From an uncultured Clostridia bacterium (GTDB taxonomy: Bacteria > Bacillota > Clostridia > Christensenellales > UBA1242): a DNA stretch of 64,000 nt. Of the stretch, positions 1 through 10,098 are shown piece by piece. The notes under the pieces were generated by a model. That model worked only from the letters and a program-made list of their open reading frames with translations. It did not search any database and was not told the origin of the DNA. Every line of letters starts with the position of its first letter. Position 1 is the first letter of the stretch. The stretch lies in NCBI GenBank assembly GCA_930979925.1, contig CAKNIB010000004.1, positions 8,556 to 72,555 of the forward strand, read 5' to 3'. Both the position numbers and the translations under genes were made by a program.

Positions 1-1020
1 CCTAAAATAGACGCCTTTTTGAGATTACGAGAAAACGAGAAGATTTGTCAAATAATAGAAGAGCTTTATGGTCTTGAGCCATCAAAGCCTATTAAAAAAT
101 ATGAGAGAGTGCTAACAAACAGCCCAAGTTATGCATATTTAAAGATAGCAGACGGCTGTGATAATGCCTGCTCTTATTGTACAATTCCAAGAATTAGGGG
201 AAGATTTCGCAGTTACGAGATGGATGATCTTGTCTCTGAGGCAAAAAACCTTGTCTCAAGAGGGGTAAAAGAGTTTATTTTAGTAGCTCAAGACACCACT
301 CGCTATGGCGAGGACTTATATGGCGAGAATTGCCTTATCAAGCTTTGTGAGAAACTGGTAAAAATAAAGGAATTGCAGGCAATTAGACTGCATTATGCCT
401 ATCCTGAAAGAGTTACAGATGAATTACTTGACTTTATCTCTAAAAATGATAAGATGTGCAAGTATCTAGATATCCCTCTTCAACATATTGATGATGAAAT
501 TTTAAAAAGTATGAGGCGTCGCCTTGGCGAGAAAGATACGAGGGCGCTTATCGAGCATATAAAAACTGATTATCCTGAGATTGCTCTTCGCTCCACCTTT
601 ATAGTTGGCTATCCAGGCGAGAGTAGGAGACAGTTTAAAAAGCTTTGCGATTTTATAAAAGAGACAAAGTTTGACTATGCTGGTTTCTTTCCTTATTCTA
701 AAGAGCCAAACACCGCAAGTTTCTTTATGAAAGGTCAGAAAAAAGAGTTTATAAAAAGGATGCGCCTGAGCAAAATTAAAAGCTTGCAAAATCAAATCTT
801 TTCAGAGAAGGCAAAAGAGCTTATTGGAAAGGAAATTGAAGTTTTGGTCGACTCCTTTGACTCAAATACTGGAGAGTATCTAGCGCACAGCAGAAAAATG
901 TCGCCATTAGTTGACTTTAATGTGCGATTTGTGGATAATGGAAATATAGATTGCTATACATATGTAAAAGTTAAGATATATGACTTTGATGGAAGTGATT
1001 TTAAAGGGGAGGTTGTATGA
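1..1020 (+). CDS. rimO: Ribosomal protein S12 methylthiotransferase RimO, 5'-truncated by window edge
   Basis: Frame is open back to base 1. Radical-SAM CxxxCxxC (CDNACSYC), AYLKIADGC signature and a C-terminal TRAM-like beta domain. ATGA stop/start overlap with pgsA. The rimO-pgsA-cinA-recA order is typical of Clostridia. Confidence 0.8.
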   Translation, partial: PKIDAFLRLRENEKICQIIEELYGLEPSKPIKKYERVLTNSPSYAYLKIADGCDNACSYCTIPRIRGRFRSYEMDDLVSEAKNLVSRGVKEFILVAQDTTRYGEDLYGENCLIKLCEKLVKIKELQAIRLHYAYPERVTDELLDFISKNDKMCKYLDIPLQHIDDEILKSMRRRLGEKDTRALIEHIKTDYPEIALRSTFIVGYPGESRRQFKKLCDFIKETKFDYAGFFPYSKEPNTASFFMKGQKKEFIKRMRLSKIKSLQNQIFSEKAKELIGKEIEVLVDSFDSNTGEYLAHSRKMSPLVDFNVRFVDNGNIDCYTYVKVKIYDFDGSDFKGEVV

Positions 1021-1772
1021 ATACACCAAATAAAATAACATTATCAAGATTATTATTGTTACCACTGATAGTATTTTTCTATCTAGCCGACTTTATTCCT
1101 TATGGCAGACTTGTAGCTACAATTATATTTATAATTGCCTGCCTTACCGATTTTGTCGATGGCTACATAGCAAGAAAACACAACCAAGTTACCGACCTCG
1201 GCAAGTTTTTTGACACTATTGCCGATAAGGTGCTAATAATGACAGGGCTAATACTTATCATTGCAGGAGATGTAAAGGATTCTGCGCCAGTTGTTTATCC
1301 ATCCTGGTTAGGTATAATATGTGCTATAATAATGCTTGCAAGAGAGTTTATTGTAAGCGCTCTTCGTCAAGTTGCAGCTTCAAAAGGCTTAGTGCTTGCT
1401 GCTGATAAAGGCGGAAAAATCAAAGCAACTGTGCAATATATTGCAGTTACTTTATACATGGCATTTGCTTTTGTTTTGAAGGATATTATCAAGGATAGAG
1501 TAGACGTTGACTCAAACACTGCACTTACGATAGTAAGATATATTCTTATGATTATCCTAATAGTAGCAACTCTTCTTACAATTTACACAGGCGCTAGCTA
1601 TCTTATAAGAAATAGAAGGGTATTTAAGTCTGAAAATACTCCTAAGACGACAGAGAAAGATAACACAAAAGAAGAACAAATAGCAGGCGCAATCGAAGAA
1701 AACAAAGTAGAAGAAGCGTCAGTAGAAAACAACACAGACACTCAAACAGACGAGGAAAAATCGCAGAAATAG
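1017..1772 (+). CDS. pgsA: CDP-diacylglycerol--glycerol-3-phosphate 3-phosphatidyltransferase
   Basis: CDP-alcohol phosphatidyltransferase motif DFVDGYIARKHNQVTDLGKFFDTIADK. Multi-TM protein with an extra ~50-aa E/T/K-rich C-terminal tail. Confidence 0.85.
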   Translation: MNTPNKITLSRLLLLPLIVFFYLADFIPYGRLVATIIFIIACLTDFVDGYIARKHNQVTDLGKFFDTIADKVLIMTGLILIIAGDVKDSAPVVYPSWLGIICAIIMLAREFIVSALRQVAASKGLVLAADKGGKIKATVQYIAVTLYMAFAFVLKDIIKDRVDVDSNTALTIVRYILMIILIVATLLTIYTGASYLIRNRRVFKSENTPKTTEKDNTKEEQIAGAIEENKVEEASVENNTDTQTDEEKSQK

Positions 1773-1781
1773 GCAGGGAAA

Positions 1782-2759
1782 ATGGAATATAAGGTTTTTA
1801 TATTTTCAGATGATGTAATAGATGGTCAATATAACTTTGATTTTGTTAAATTTAACAAAATTTGTGTCTATAATTTAATTGATATTGAGTCAATTAATAT
1901 TGAAAAATTTGACCTAGATTGGCTCTTACCTGAAAATAAAAACCTTATTATTTTTTGTGAGAACAAAAATCTAGATAACCTTATTATTAAAAATATAAAG
2001 TATCTTTCAGGTAAAAGAACACTAATCGACGAGCAACTTGTTATCTTTGAAAAAGAAAATAGCAGGGTGATTTTTGCTCCAATTGAGTCAAATCTAAATT
2101 TACTTAACAAAGTTTTTACAAGAGAAGGTAAAAAGTTTTGCGAGTTTCACCTTTTTGGTGTAGGTAAAAGTCAGGTCAAGGACAAGCTTGAAAAGTTAAA
2201 GGGAGAAATAGATGGGTTTAACTATAAATTTATCTATGATAATCTTCTTTGCGATATAGTTTTGTCCTATAATGGCAGTAGCGAGCTTATAGATGACAAT
2301 CAAGTGAAGATAGCAGGAGAGTTTAAACAATATGTTTACAGCGAAAATGAAATGACTTTGCCAGAGATTGTAACAAAAATGCTTGCCTTAAAAAATAAGA
2401 CACTATCAATTTGTGAAAATGTTACAAGAGGTGCTATCACAGAAAGTTTACTCAAAAGCAATGAAAATTTTAAGATTAAAGAGGTCAAGTTTGAAGAGTT
2501 TGAACTAACCAATAATGATGTATTGTACGACAAGACGATAAAGTTTTTAAAAAGTTCAGAGGCAGATATTGCGGTAGTCACTCATGGCAAGAGGAGCCCT
2601 GATGGACTTGAGTTTATCTTTGCAATAGCCGATAACTTTGAGGTACATATTTTTAAAAATAACTTTAAGTCAGAGATAAACTCTTGTCTTGAAATGGCAA
2701 AGAATGCTCTTTTATTTCACCTTGTGAAAAAACTTCGTCAAAATGATATTTCCTTTTAA
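1782..2759 (+). CDS. Highly diverged CinA-like protein (degenerate competence/damage-inducible protein A)
   Basis: Occupies the cinA slot between pgsA and recA. The C-terminal half aligns by eye to the CinA/PncC domain (LPEIVTKMLALKNKTLSICENVTRGAITESL vs the usual ...LTLATAESCTGGLLA; ADIAVVTHGKRSPDG vs ADIGISTTGIAGPDG). Very AT-rich. Confidence 0.45.
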   Translation: MEYKVFIFSDDVIDGQYNFDFVKFNKICVYNLIDIESINIEKFDLDWLLPENKNLIIFCENKNLDNLIIKNIKYLSGKRTLIDEQLVIFEKENSRVIFAPIESNLNLLNKVFTREGKKFCEFHLFGVGKSQVKDKLEKLKGEIDGFNYKFIYDNLLCDIVLSYNGSSELIDDNQVKIAGEFKQYVYSENEMTLPEIVTKMLALKNKTLSICENVTRGAITESLLKSNENFKIKEVKFEEFELTNNDVLYDKTIKFLKSSEADIAVVTHGKRSPDGLEFIFAIADNFEVHIFKNNFKSEINSCLEMAKNALLFHLVKKLRQNDISF

Positions 2760-2767
2760 ATATTGTT

Positions 2768-2795
2768 TTGAAAATTAAGGAAAATTTGGTAAAAT
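2768..2795 (+). promoter_or_regulatory. Candidate sigma-A promoter for recA
   Basis: TTGAAA (2768-2773), 16 nt, TGgTAAAAT extended -10 (TAAAAT 2790-2795). Confidence 0.45.
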
Positions 2796-2826
2796 ATAAT
2801 GTAAGAATTTGCATAAGAGGTATATT

Positions 2827-3867
2827 ATGGAAAAGAAAGATGTAAAAAAAGACAGTAAAAAAGAGGCGCTTGACCAAGCTTTACTTCAAATAGAGAAGCA
2901 GTATGGCAAGGGCGCAATTATGAAACTTGGCGACCATGTAAACGAGCCCATTGATGTTATACCAACAGGATGTTTAACGCTTGACATTGCACTTGGCATT
3001 GGCGGAATACCAAGAGGTAGGGTGGTTGAGATTTATGGACCAGAGTCCTCTGGTAAAACTACAGTATCACTTCATATCATAGCGGAAGCTCAGAAGATGG
3101 GCGGAACCTGTGCTTTTATTGATGCTGAGCACGCTCTTGACCCAATCTATGCTGAAAAATTAGGGGTAAATTTGACAGACCTCTATGTTTCTCAGCCAGA
3201 CAACGGTGAGCAAGCACTTAACATTTGCGAAACCTTGGTTAAATCAGGCTCAATTGACCTTGTAGTAGTTGACTCTGTTGCCGCTCTTACTCCTAAGGCA
3301 GAAATCGATGGCGAAATGGGCGACAACCATGTAGGTCTACAAGCTAGAATGATGAGCCAGGCTCTAAGAAAGCTTACAGGTGTTATCAATAAGAGTAACA
3401 CGACGGTAATCTTTATTAACCAGCTCAGAGAAAAGGTTGGCGTTATGTTTGGCTCGCCAGAGACAACTACTGGTGGTAAGGCGCTAAAGTTCTACTCAAG
3501 CATTAGACTTGATGTTAGAAGAAAGGATGTTATCAAGGATGGCACTAATATTATAGGTAACAGAACTTGCATCAAAGTCGTTAAGAACAAACTTGCACCT
3601 CCATTTAAACAAGCCGAGTTTGACATCGTCTATGGTCAAGGTATCAGCCAAACAGGTTGCGTAATAGACCTTGCTCTTGATAAAGATATTATTAAAAAAT
3701 CAGGCTCTTGGTTCTCTTATAACGACGAGAAGATTGGTCAAGGTAAAGAAAATGTTAAGGCATATCTTGAGCAAAATAAGGATATTTTTAACGAAATCTT
3801 TGCAAAGGTTAAAGAGGCTTATGGCATTGGCACTAGCGAAGAGACTACAAGCGAGCAAAAAGACTAA
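2827..3867 (+). CDS. recA: Recombinase RecA
   Basis: Walker [10 protein letters not shown] and near-complete RecA similarity. ATG 2827 is preceded by AAGAGG (2814-2819). The TTG at 2809 from the ORF track lacks an SD. Confidence 0.95.
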   Translation: MEKKDVKKDSKKEALDQALLQIEKQYGKGAIMKLGDHVNEPIDVIPTGCLTLDIALGIGGIPRGRVVEIYGPESSGKTTVSLHIIAEAQKMGGTCAFIDAEHALDPIYAEKLGVNLTDLYVSQPDNGEQALNICETLVKSGSIDLVVVDSVAALTPKAEIDGEMGDNHVGLQARMMSQALRKLTGVINKSNTTVIFINQLREKVGVMFGSPETTTGGKALKFYSSIRLDVRRKDVIKDGTNIIGNRTCIKVVKNKLAPPFKQAEFDIVYGQGISQTGCVIDLALDKDIIKKSGSWFSYNDEKIGQGKENVKAYLEQNKDIFNEIFAKVKEAYGIGTSEETTSEQKD

Positions 3868-3896
3868 TTTGCTATAAATGTATGTAAAAAACAATT

Positions 3897-3939
3897 AAAA
3901 AGATGCAAATATATTATTTCATATTTTGCATCTTTTTTG
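3897..3939. terminator. Hairpin plus T-run between convergent recA and the PBP gene
   Basis: AGATGCAAATAT..ATATTTTGCATCT stem followed by TTTTTT. Confidence 0.6.
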
Positions 3940-3984
3940 TCAGTTTAAAATAAAACTGCTTTGTCAGTTTAAAATAAAACTGCG
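3937..3984. repeat. Two tandem copies of a 24-bp unit
   Basis: TTGTCAGTTTAAAATAAAACTGC occurs at 3937-3959 and again at 3961-3983. Each unit contains a CAGTTT/AAACTG mini-hairpin. Confidence 0.9.
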
Positions 3985-4015
3985 ATACTTTCGTTTTACT
4001 TAAAAGCTACAATTA

Positions 4016-6241
4016 TTAAATAAACCATTTGTCACTTGTTTTACTTGTCTTTTGAGTTTTAATAAAATTAATTTCGTCTTCTTCTACAACGGTAGGCGAC
4101 AAAGTATAATAATACTTTATTTTTACTTTTTGCTTAGGTGCGTTAAGCGGCAACGATACTGTTTGCTCACCATTTTTGCCTGTTATTGACTCTATAGTTT
4201 TGCCGTCTATTATAAATTCGTAAGTGATATAATCTTTGCTTTCAAAAGTTATCTTAGCCACGTTACTTTCGACCTTACCTGAGAAAGATGTCTTGTCAAT
4301 TTTGGTAAATTTCTCTGAGATGTCACTTGGCAGATTTAAATTTGAAAATAACTCTTTTTGAGTATAGCGCTCTGGCATATAGATATTTGCAAGTACCACT
4401 CTGTGATTTTCATTAAGCTCAGTCGAGTCAATATTTTTTTCTATTATAGAAGATGGCTGTGTAAACGTGGAGTCATCGCCGGCTTTAGCAAAATAATTTT
4501 TTACAATCTCAGTTGGCTGATTGCCACCAGCATAGGTAATAGGAGTATTATCAAGATTTCCAAGCCATACACCGCAAGTCTGAGCCTTAGTGTAAGATAC
4601 ATTCCATGCGTCTAGGTTTTGTTTAGAACCAGGTTTGCCAACAGTACCTGTTTTAGAGGCAATGTCAAGCCCTAGACTTTCAAGCTTTTTAGCTGTTCCA
4701 CTTTGCGCGCAAGTTCTTAGCATATCAGTTAAAAGAAAAGCAGAGTCCTCTCTTAGCACCTGTCGTTCTTTATTTTTGTTTACATAGATAAGCTTGTCAT
4801 TCTTGTCTGTAATAAAGGCAACAAAGCGGGTAGGCGCAAACTTGCCATCACATGCAAAAGTGGAGTATGAAGAGACTAGCTGTTTTAAATTTACGCCATA
4901 AGTCATACCACCAAGGGCAAGGGTATAACTGTCATCTTTTTCATCAAAGTCAAACCCCATCTCTTCGGCATAGGCTTTTGCTTTATCAATACCCACATAG
5001 GAAAGCACTTTAACAGCCGGAATATTGATAGACTTTGATAGAGACTCTCTTGCGCTGACATAACCATGATACACACCTCCAACATTTTTAGGCGTATAGT
5101 CCGATATAGTTGTCTTTTCGTCTAGGATTTGCGAGCATGGATAGATAATATCTTCATTTAATGCAGGACCATATACAAGCACAGGCTTAATACAAGAACC
5201 TGGCTGACGCTTACTATCTAAAATTTTGTAGTTGCTATTGCCAACATAGGCCTCAACTGTATGCTTTTGGTTATTGATAACAATGCCTGCATAGTCGCAG
5301 TTAACATCCTGAGCTTTTAACGCGTCGTTTAACGCCTTCTGCTTTTCTTCATTTTGATAGGTGTAGATTTTATAGCCTTTAAGCGCTATTTGCCTTGCTG
5401 GAATGCCCAAGATATCTTCTGCCTCATCAATAGACGCCTGACTATATGAGTTTAGCCTGTTTTTTCTTTCACTATTAATATTTAATTTGATGTCACTACT
5501 TATTGCTCGCGAGTAATCTTGCGAAGAAAGCAACCCATCTTTGTTCATCTCACTTAAAACTAGATTACGCCTTGCAAGCGCATTATCATAGTTTTTAATA
5601 GGTGAGTACTTAGCCGGCGATTTGATAAGTCCTGCAAGTAACGCCGCCTCTTCAACGGCTAAATCTTTAGCACTTTTTGAGAAATAGTAGTTGGACGCAC
5701 TTTCTATTCCATAGCAGTTATTGCCAAAATATATAATATTTAGATACTGCTCTAAGATTTGGTCTTTAGAATATTTAGCCTCAATCTTTTGGGCAAGAGC
5801 GACCTCTTTAATCTTTCTCTCAAATGTTTTCTCGCTTGTAAGTTGTGTGTTTTTGACCAGTTGTTGCGTTATGGTTGAGGCGCCTTCTTTAAGTTTTCTA
5901 GCTTTAATATTGTTGATCATAGCCTTGGCAATACGCTTGTAGTTGACTCCATGATGTTGGTAAAAACTTTTGTCTTCAATGGAGATAAAGGCGTTTTTGG
6001 TGTTATCCGATAAACTGTTAATACTCGCAAAAGACTTGTTAATCTCATTGTCCTCTTTGATAGGTTTATTTTCGCTATCAAGCACTTGCACTGAAATGTA
6101 TGGCGAGGAGAGAGCGTTTTCATCAAGTTTGATAGCTCTTGCATTTATGTAAATAGAAGAAATATAAAGCCCAAGCGCGACAAGCCCGACTAGCAACAAA
6201 ATAGTAAAAATTATAAGGGAAATCTTAATAAACTTTTTCAT
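4016..6241 (-). CDS. Class A penicillin-binding protein (transglycosylase/transpeptidase, PBP1A family)
   Basis: N-terminal TM segment, GT51 motifs (EDKSFYQHHG, RKIKE), transpeptidase SxxK (GSCIKP) and KTGT. ATG 6241 (MKKFIKISL) is preferred over the TTG at 6262. Confidence 0.9.
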   Translation of the reverse strand: MKKFIKISLIIFTILLLVGLVALGLYISSIYINARAIKLDENALSSPYISVQVLDSENKPIKEDNEINKSFASINSLSDNTKNAFISIEDKSFYQHHGVNYKRIAKAMINNIKARKLKEGASTITQQLVKNTQLTSEKTFERKIKEVALAQKIEAKYSKDQILEQYLNIIYFGNNCYGIESASNYYFSKSAKDLAVEEAALLAGLIKSPAKYSPIKNYDNALARRNLVLSEMNKDGLLSSQDYSRAISSDIKLNINSERKNRLNSYSQASIDEAEDILGIPARQIALKGYKIYTYQNEEKQKALNDALKAQDVNCDYAGIVINNQKHTVEAYVGNSNYKILDSKRQPGSCIKPVLVYGPALNEDIIYPCSQILDEKTTISDYTPKNVGGVYHGYVSARESLSKSINIPAVKVLSYVGIDKAKAYAEEMGFDFDEKDDSYTLALGGMTYGVNLKQLVSSYSTFACDGKFAPTRFVAFITDKNDKLIYVNKNKERQVLREDSAFLLTDMLRTCAQSGTAKKLESLGLDIASKTGTVGKPGSKQNLDAWNVSYTKAQTCGVWLGNLDNTPITYAGGNQPTEIVKNYFAKAGDDSTFTQPSSIIEKNIDSTELNENHRVVLANIYMPERYTQKELFSNLNLPSDISEKFTKIDKTSFSGKVESNVAKITFESKDYITYEFIIDGKTIESITGKNGEQTVSLPLNAPKQKVKIKYYYTLSPTVVEEDEINFIKTQKTSKTSDKWFI

Positions 6242-6373
6242 CTCTAGCTTATTATGCGTCAAATTGTTTAAATTATTTGCTATATATAATAATTTTTTAT
6301 TTGAAAATTTTTTAGATTTATTGTATAATTTAGATATATGTCAAAAAAGAGAGAAAATTAAACGGAGAGTAAT

Positions 6374-7498
6374 GTGAAATATTTTATAGTTACATATGGA
6401 TGCCAAATGAATGTGCACGAATCAGAAAAAATCGCGGGGATACTAGAAGGCTTGGGTTACGAGGAAGGTAAAACTCGAGAGGAAGCGGATATCATAGTAT
6501 TTAACACATGCGCAATAAGAGAGGGCGCAGAGGATAGGGTTCTTGGCAATGTTGGAAATCTAAAAAAACTTAAGAAAAAGAATAAAAACCTAATAATTGC
6601 AGTTTGCGGTTGTATGACTCAAAAGGAGCAGACTGCACAAAAGCTTATGAATACCTTTCCATTTATAGATATAGTCATAGGCACTTTTAACTTGCCAAAA
6701 CTGGGCTACTATATTGAGGCGGTAAAGAAGGGTAGACAACTTGAGCTATTTAGTGAGGGCGACATTGACGAGGTTTTGCCATACAAGAGAACAAGCGGAG
6801 ACAACGCATGGGTCAACATTATGCAGGGGTGCAATAATTTTTGCACATATTGTATTGTGCCGTACGTAAGAGGTAGAGAAAAGTCTAGAAAAGAAGAAAA
6901 TATCTTAAAGGAGATTAAGGAAATAGTAGCAGAAGGTAAATACAAGAAAATAACTCTTCTTGGTCAAAATGTAAACTCTTACGGACAAGATTTGACGCCA
7001 CAAATCTCTTTTGCTAAACTCTTAAAGGATATTTGCGCGCTCGATGGCGACTTTACGCTTTCTTTTATGACTTCTCATCCAAAAGATTTGACTGACGAGG
7101 TTATAGACGTAATTGCAAGTGAGGATAAGATTGAAAAATACATCCACTTGCCAGCACAAAGCGGTAACAATAGGATACTCAAACTTATGAATAGAAAGTA
7201 TACCCGCGAAAAATACCTTGAAATAATAGATAAAATACGGGCAAAGATACCATCATGTCGCATTACCTCTGACTTTATAGTGGGCTTTCCAACTGAGAGT
7301 GATGAGGAGTTTAACGACACCTATGACCTTGCTGAAAGGGTTAGATTTGATAGCATATTTGCTTTTATGTACTCACCACGCGAGGGAACTGTTGCAAGTA
7401 AGATGGAAGGCCAAATACCAGACAAGATAAAACATATTAGGGTAAATAAATTACTTGCCCTTGAAAAGAAGATACAAAAGGAGGATAACAAGAGGTGA
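6374..7498 (+). CDS. miaB: tRNA-2-methylthio-N6-dimethylallyladenosine synthase MiaB, lacking the C-terminal TRAM domain
   Basis: UPF0004 N-domain (TYGCQMNVHESE) and radical-SAM CNNFCTYC. GTG start with GGAG 6 nt upstream. The protein stops at the point where the TRAM domain normally begins and overlaps the mutS GTG. Confidence 0.8.
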   Translation: MKYFIVTYGCQMNVHESEKIAGILEGLGYEEGKTREEADIIVFNTCAIREGAEDRVLGNVGNLKKLKKKNKNLIIAVCGCMTQKEQTAQKLMNTFPFIDIVIGTFNLPKLGYYIEAVKKGRQLELFSEGDIDEVLPYKRTSGDNAWVNIMQGCNNFCTYCIVPYVRGREKSRKEENILKEIKEIVAEGKYKKITLLGQNVNSYGQDLTPQISFAKLLKDICALDGDFTLSFMTSHPKDLTDEVIDVIASEDKIEKYIHLPAQSGNNRILKLMNRKYTREKYLEIIDKIRAKIPSCRITSDFIVGFPTESDEEFNDTYDLAERVRFDSIFAFMYSPREGTVASKMEGQIPDKIKHIRVNKLLALEKKIQKEDNKR

Positions 7499-10098
7499 AA
7501 AATGATATTTCTCCCGCAATGAGACAATACTTTCAGATAAAAAATAATTATCAAGATTGTATATTGTTTTACCGAATGGGCGACTTTTATGAAATGTTTT
7601 TTGAAGACGCACTGACGGCTTCGCGTGAGCTTGACCTTACTTTGACTAGCAAATCATATGGTAGTGGGAAGAAAGCTGACATGTGCGGAGTGCCTTTTCA
7701 CTCAGCAAAAAACTATATTGCAAGACTTGTCGCTGACGGCTACAAGGTTGCTATTTGCGAGCAATTAAACATACCAGATAAAGGCATAGCTGAAAGAGAT
7801 GTCGTTCGCGTTATCACTCCAGGTACTCTCGTCGATGACGAAATGCTGGAAGGTCAAAGAAATAACTATCTTTTGTCTGTATATAAAAATGGCAATACCT
7901 TGGGTTTAAGTTATGTCGATATCTCAACAGATAGGCTAGAAGTACTTGAGACAAAAGACAACCTAGAAAGCGAGCTTACCAACCTTATTTCAAGAATTCT
8001 TCCATCAGAAGTAATAGGCAATGAGGAGGCAAAGGAGTTTTATAACAACTTGCCAATAGTGAAAACTGGAGGCCTCAATAAACTTACCACCTATTATGAG
8101 TGGGCGTTTTCTAAGTCTCGCGCTGACGATAACCTAGCAAAGCAATTTGGCGGTAATTATGAAAATGTCTATGGCATAAAGGGCAAGACAGCTATTATTT
8201 GTAGCGCAGGGGCATTATTTGAGTACTTAAACGAAACTCAAAAGCGCTTGCTTGGCAATATTAATAAGATAATAGTTGTTAAAAATAAAAGTTTTATGAC
8301 TATAGACTTAAACACAAGACGTAATCTAGAACTAGTCGAGTCAAACAGAGACAGAAAGAAGGCAGGCTCTATTTTGTGGGTTATAGATAAGGCTAAAACT
8401 CCTATGGGAGCAAGGTTAATTAGAAAAACAATCGAACAGCCTCTTCAAGACTCAAAAGAAATAAACACACGATTAAATGCGGTCGGCCAGCTTACTAAAC
8501 GTATTATAACTCGCGACAAACTATCACAAAGCCTTAATAATGTCAAAGATATTGAAAGACTCGCGGGCAGGATAGCTTATGGCAATATTACGCCTAAGGA
8601 CCTTGTTGGCTTGCGCTTATCACTAGCCGAGCTCCCAGCCATAAAGGAAGAGCTTTCCAAGATAGATGACCCACTTTTAAAATCTTGCTATGACAGTATA
8701 GCCGACGTGTCAAACATTACCGACCTTCTCAATAAGGCAATTGATGAAGAAAACGTGTCGGGCAATCTTAAGGATGGTGGCTATATACGGGTAGGCTTTA
8801 ACAAAGAACTTGATGATTACCGAAACGCTAAAATACTTGGAGATAAGTGGCTAGATGAATTGCTTAAAAAGGAAATTGCAGAAACGGGGATAAAAAACTT
8901 AAAAATTACAAGCAACAAGGTCTATGGTTACTTTATAGAAGTCAATAAAAAGGACATTGAAAAGGTTCCAATCAGATATGTTAGAAAACAGACGGTATCA
9001 AATAACGAAAGATATATAACAGAGGACCTAAAAGTAATAGAGGAGAAGATTTTAGGATCAGAAGAAAAAGCACTCAAGCTAGAGAGCGAAATTTATGCTG
9101 ATATTAAAAATATATTGTCAAAATATATTTTGACATTGCAAAAGATTGCAAACGGCATTGCACTCTTAGACGTTATATTGTCCTTTGCCGAGGTTGCTGT
9201 AAAAAATAACTATGTAAAACCAACTATAAACGCAAATGTTAAACAATTAAAGATTATAGACGGTAGACACCTTGTAGTTGAGCAATATTTAGATAGAGGG
9301 CAGTTCGTGGTAAACGACACCTTGCTAGACGAAGACCAAAACAAGATAATGATTATCACAGGTCCAAACATGGCAGGTAAAAGTACATATATGAGACAGG
9401 TTGCAATTATCACCTTGCTTGCTCATATAGGGTGTTTTGTGCCAGCTAAAGAGGCGACCATTCCAATAACAGACAGAATTTTTACCAGAGTTGGCGCCAG
9501 TGACGACCTAGCATTTGGACAAAGTACCTTTATGGTTGAGATGAGCGAGGTTGCACATATTCTTGCCAACGCAACAGACAATAGCCTTATAATCTTGGAC
9601 GAAATAGGTAGAGGTACGTCAACCTTTGATGGTCTTAGTATAGCTTGGGCGGTAGTAGAGCATCTGTCTAAAAATTTAAAAGCAAAAACTCTATTTGCCA
9701 CTCACTATCATGAGCTTACCGAACTTGAAGGCGTACTCGATGGCGTTAAGAACTATAAGATATCGGTAAAAGAGTTAGATGATGAGGTAGTTTTCTTAAG
9801 AAAGATAGTACGAGGCGGGGCAAATAAGAGCTTTGGTATAGAGGTTGCTCGCCTTGCTGGAGTACCAAAAGATGTCCTAGATAGAGCCAAGGAGATTTCT
9901 CAAAATCTCGAAGAGGTTAATGAGAAGGTAGACTTAAATATCTTCAAAGAAAACAAGAAAAAAGCAGAAGATAATACTAAAGTTGCTCTGTCTATTCTTT
10001 CAATTCTTAAAGATATAGATATGAATAGAATAACACCAATGCATGCATTTGATATATTAAACGACTTAGCTTTAAAAGTCAAAGGAGCAAGTAGATGA
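7495..10098 (+). CDS. mutS: DNA mismatch repair protein MutS
   Basis: N-terminal MRQYFQIK...FYRMGDFYEMF, Walker A GPNMAGKST, TFMVEM and DEIGRGTST motifs. AAGGAGGA sits 8 nt upstream of the GTG. Confidence 0.95.
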   Translation: MKNDISPAMRQYFQIKNNYQDCILFYRMGDFYEMFFEDALTASRELDLTLTSKSYGSGKKADMCGVPFHSAKNYIARLVADGYKVAICEQLNIPDKGIAERDVVRVITPGTLVDDEMLEGQRNNYLLSVYKNGNTLGLSYVDISTDRLEVLETKDNLESELTNLISRILPSEVIGNEEAKEFYNNLPIVKTGGLNKLTTYYEWAFSKSRADDNLAKQFGGNYENVYGIKGKTAIICSAGALFEYLNETQKRLLGNINKIIVVKNKSFMTIDLNTRRNLELVESNRDRKKAGSILWVIDKAKTPMGARLIRKTIEQPLQDSKEINTRLNAVGQLTKRIITRDKLSQSLNNVKDIERLAGRIAYGNITPKDLVGLRLSLAELPAIKEELSKIDDPLLKSCYDSIADVSNITDLLNKAIDEENVSGNLKDGGYIRVGFNKELDDYRNAKILGDKWLDELLKKEIAETGIKNLKITSNKVYGYFIEVNKKDIEKVPIRYVRKQTVSNNERYITEDLKVIEEKILGSEEKALKLESEIYADIKNILSKYILTLQKIANGIALLDVILSFAEVAVKNNYVKPTINANVKQLKIIDGRHLVVEQYLDRGQFVVNDTLLDEDQNKIMIITGPNMAGKSTYMRQVAIITLLAHIGCFVPAKEATIPITDRIFTRVGASDDLAFGQSTFMVEMSEVAHILANATDNSLIILDEIGRGTSTFDGLSIAWAVVEHLSKNLKAKTLFATHYHELTELEGVLDGVKNYKISVKELDDEVVFLRKIVRGGANKSFGIEVARLAGVPKDVLDRAKEISQNLEEVNEKVDLNIFKENKKKAEDNTKVALSILSILKDIDMNRITPMHAFDILNDLALKVKGASR

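Noticed and set aside
2700-2826. LexA (Cheo box CGAACnnnnGTTCG) operator upstream of recA
   Set aside because: I searched the recA and cinA-like upstream regions by eye and found no GAAC...GTTC dyad. The operon promoter may lie outside the window, so absence cannot be interpreted.
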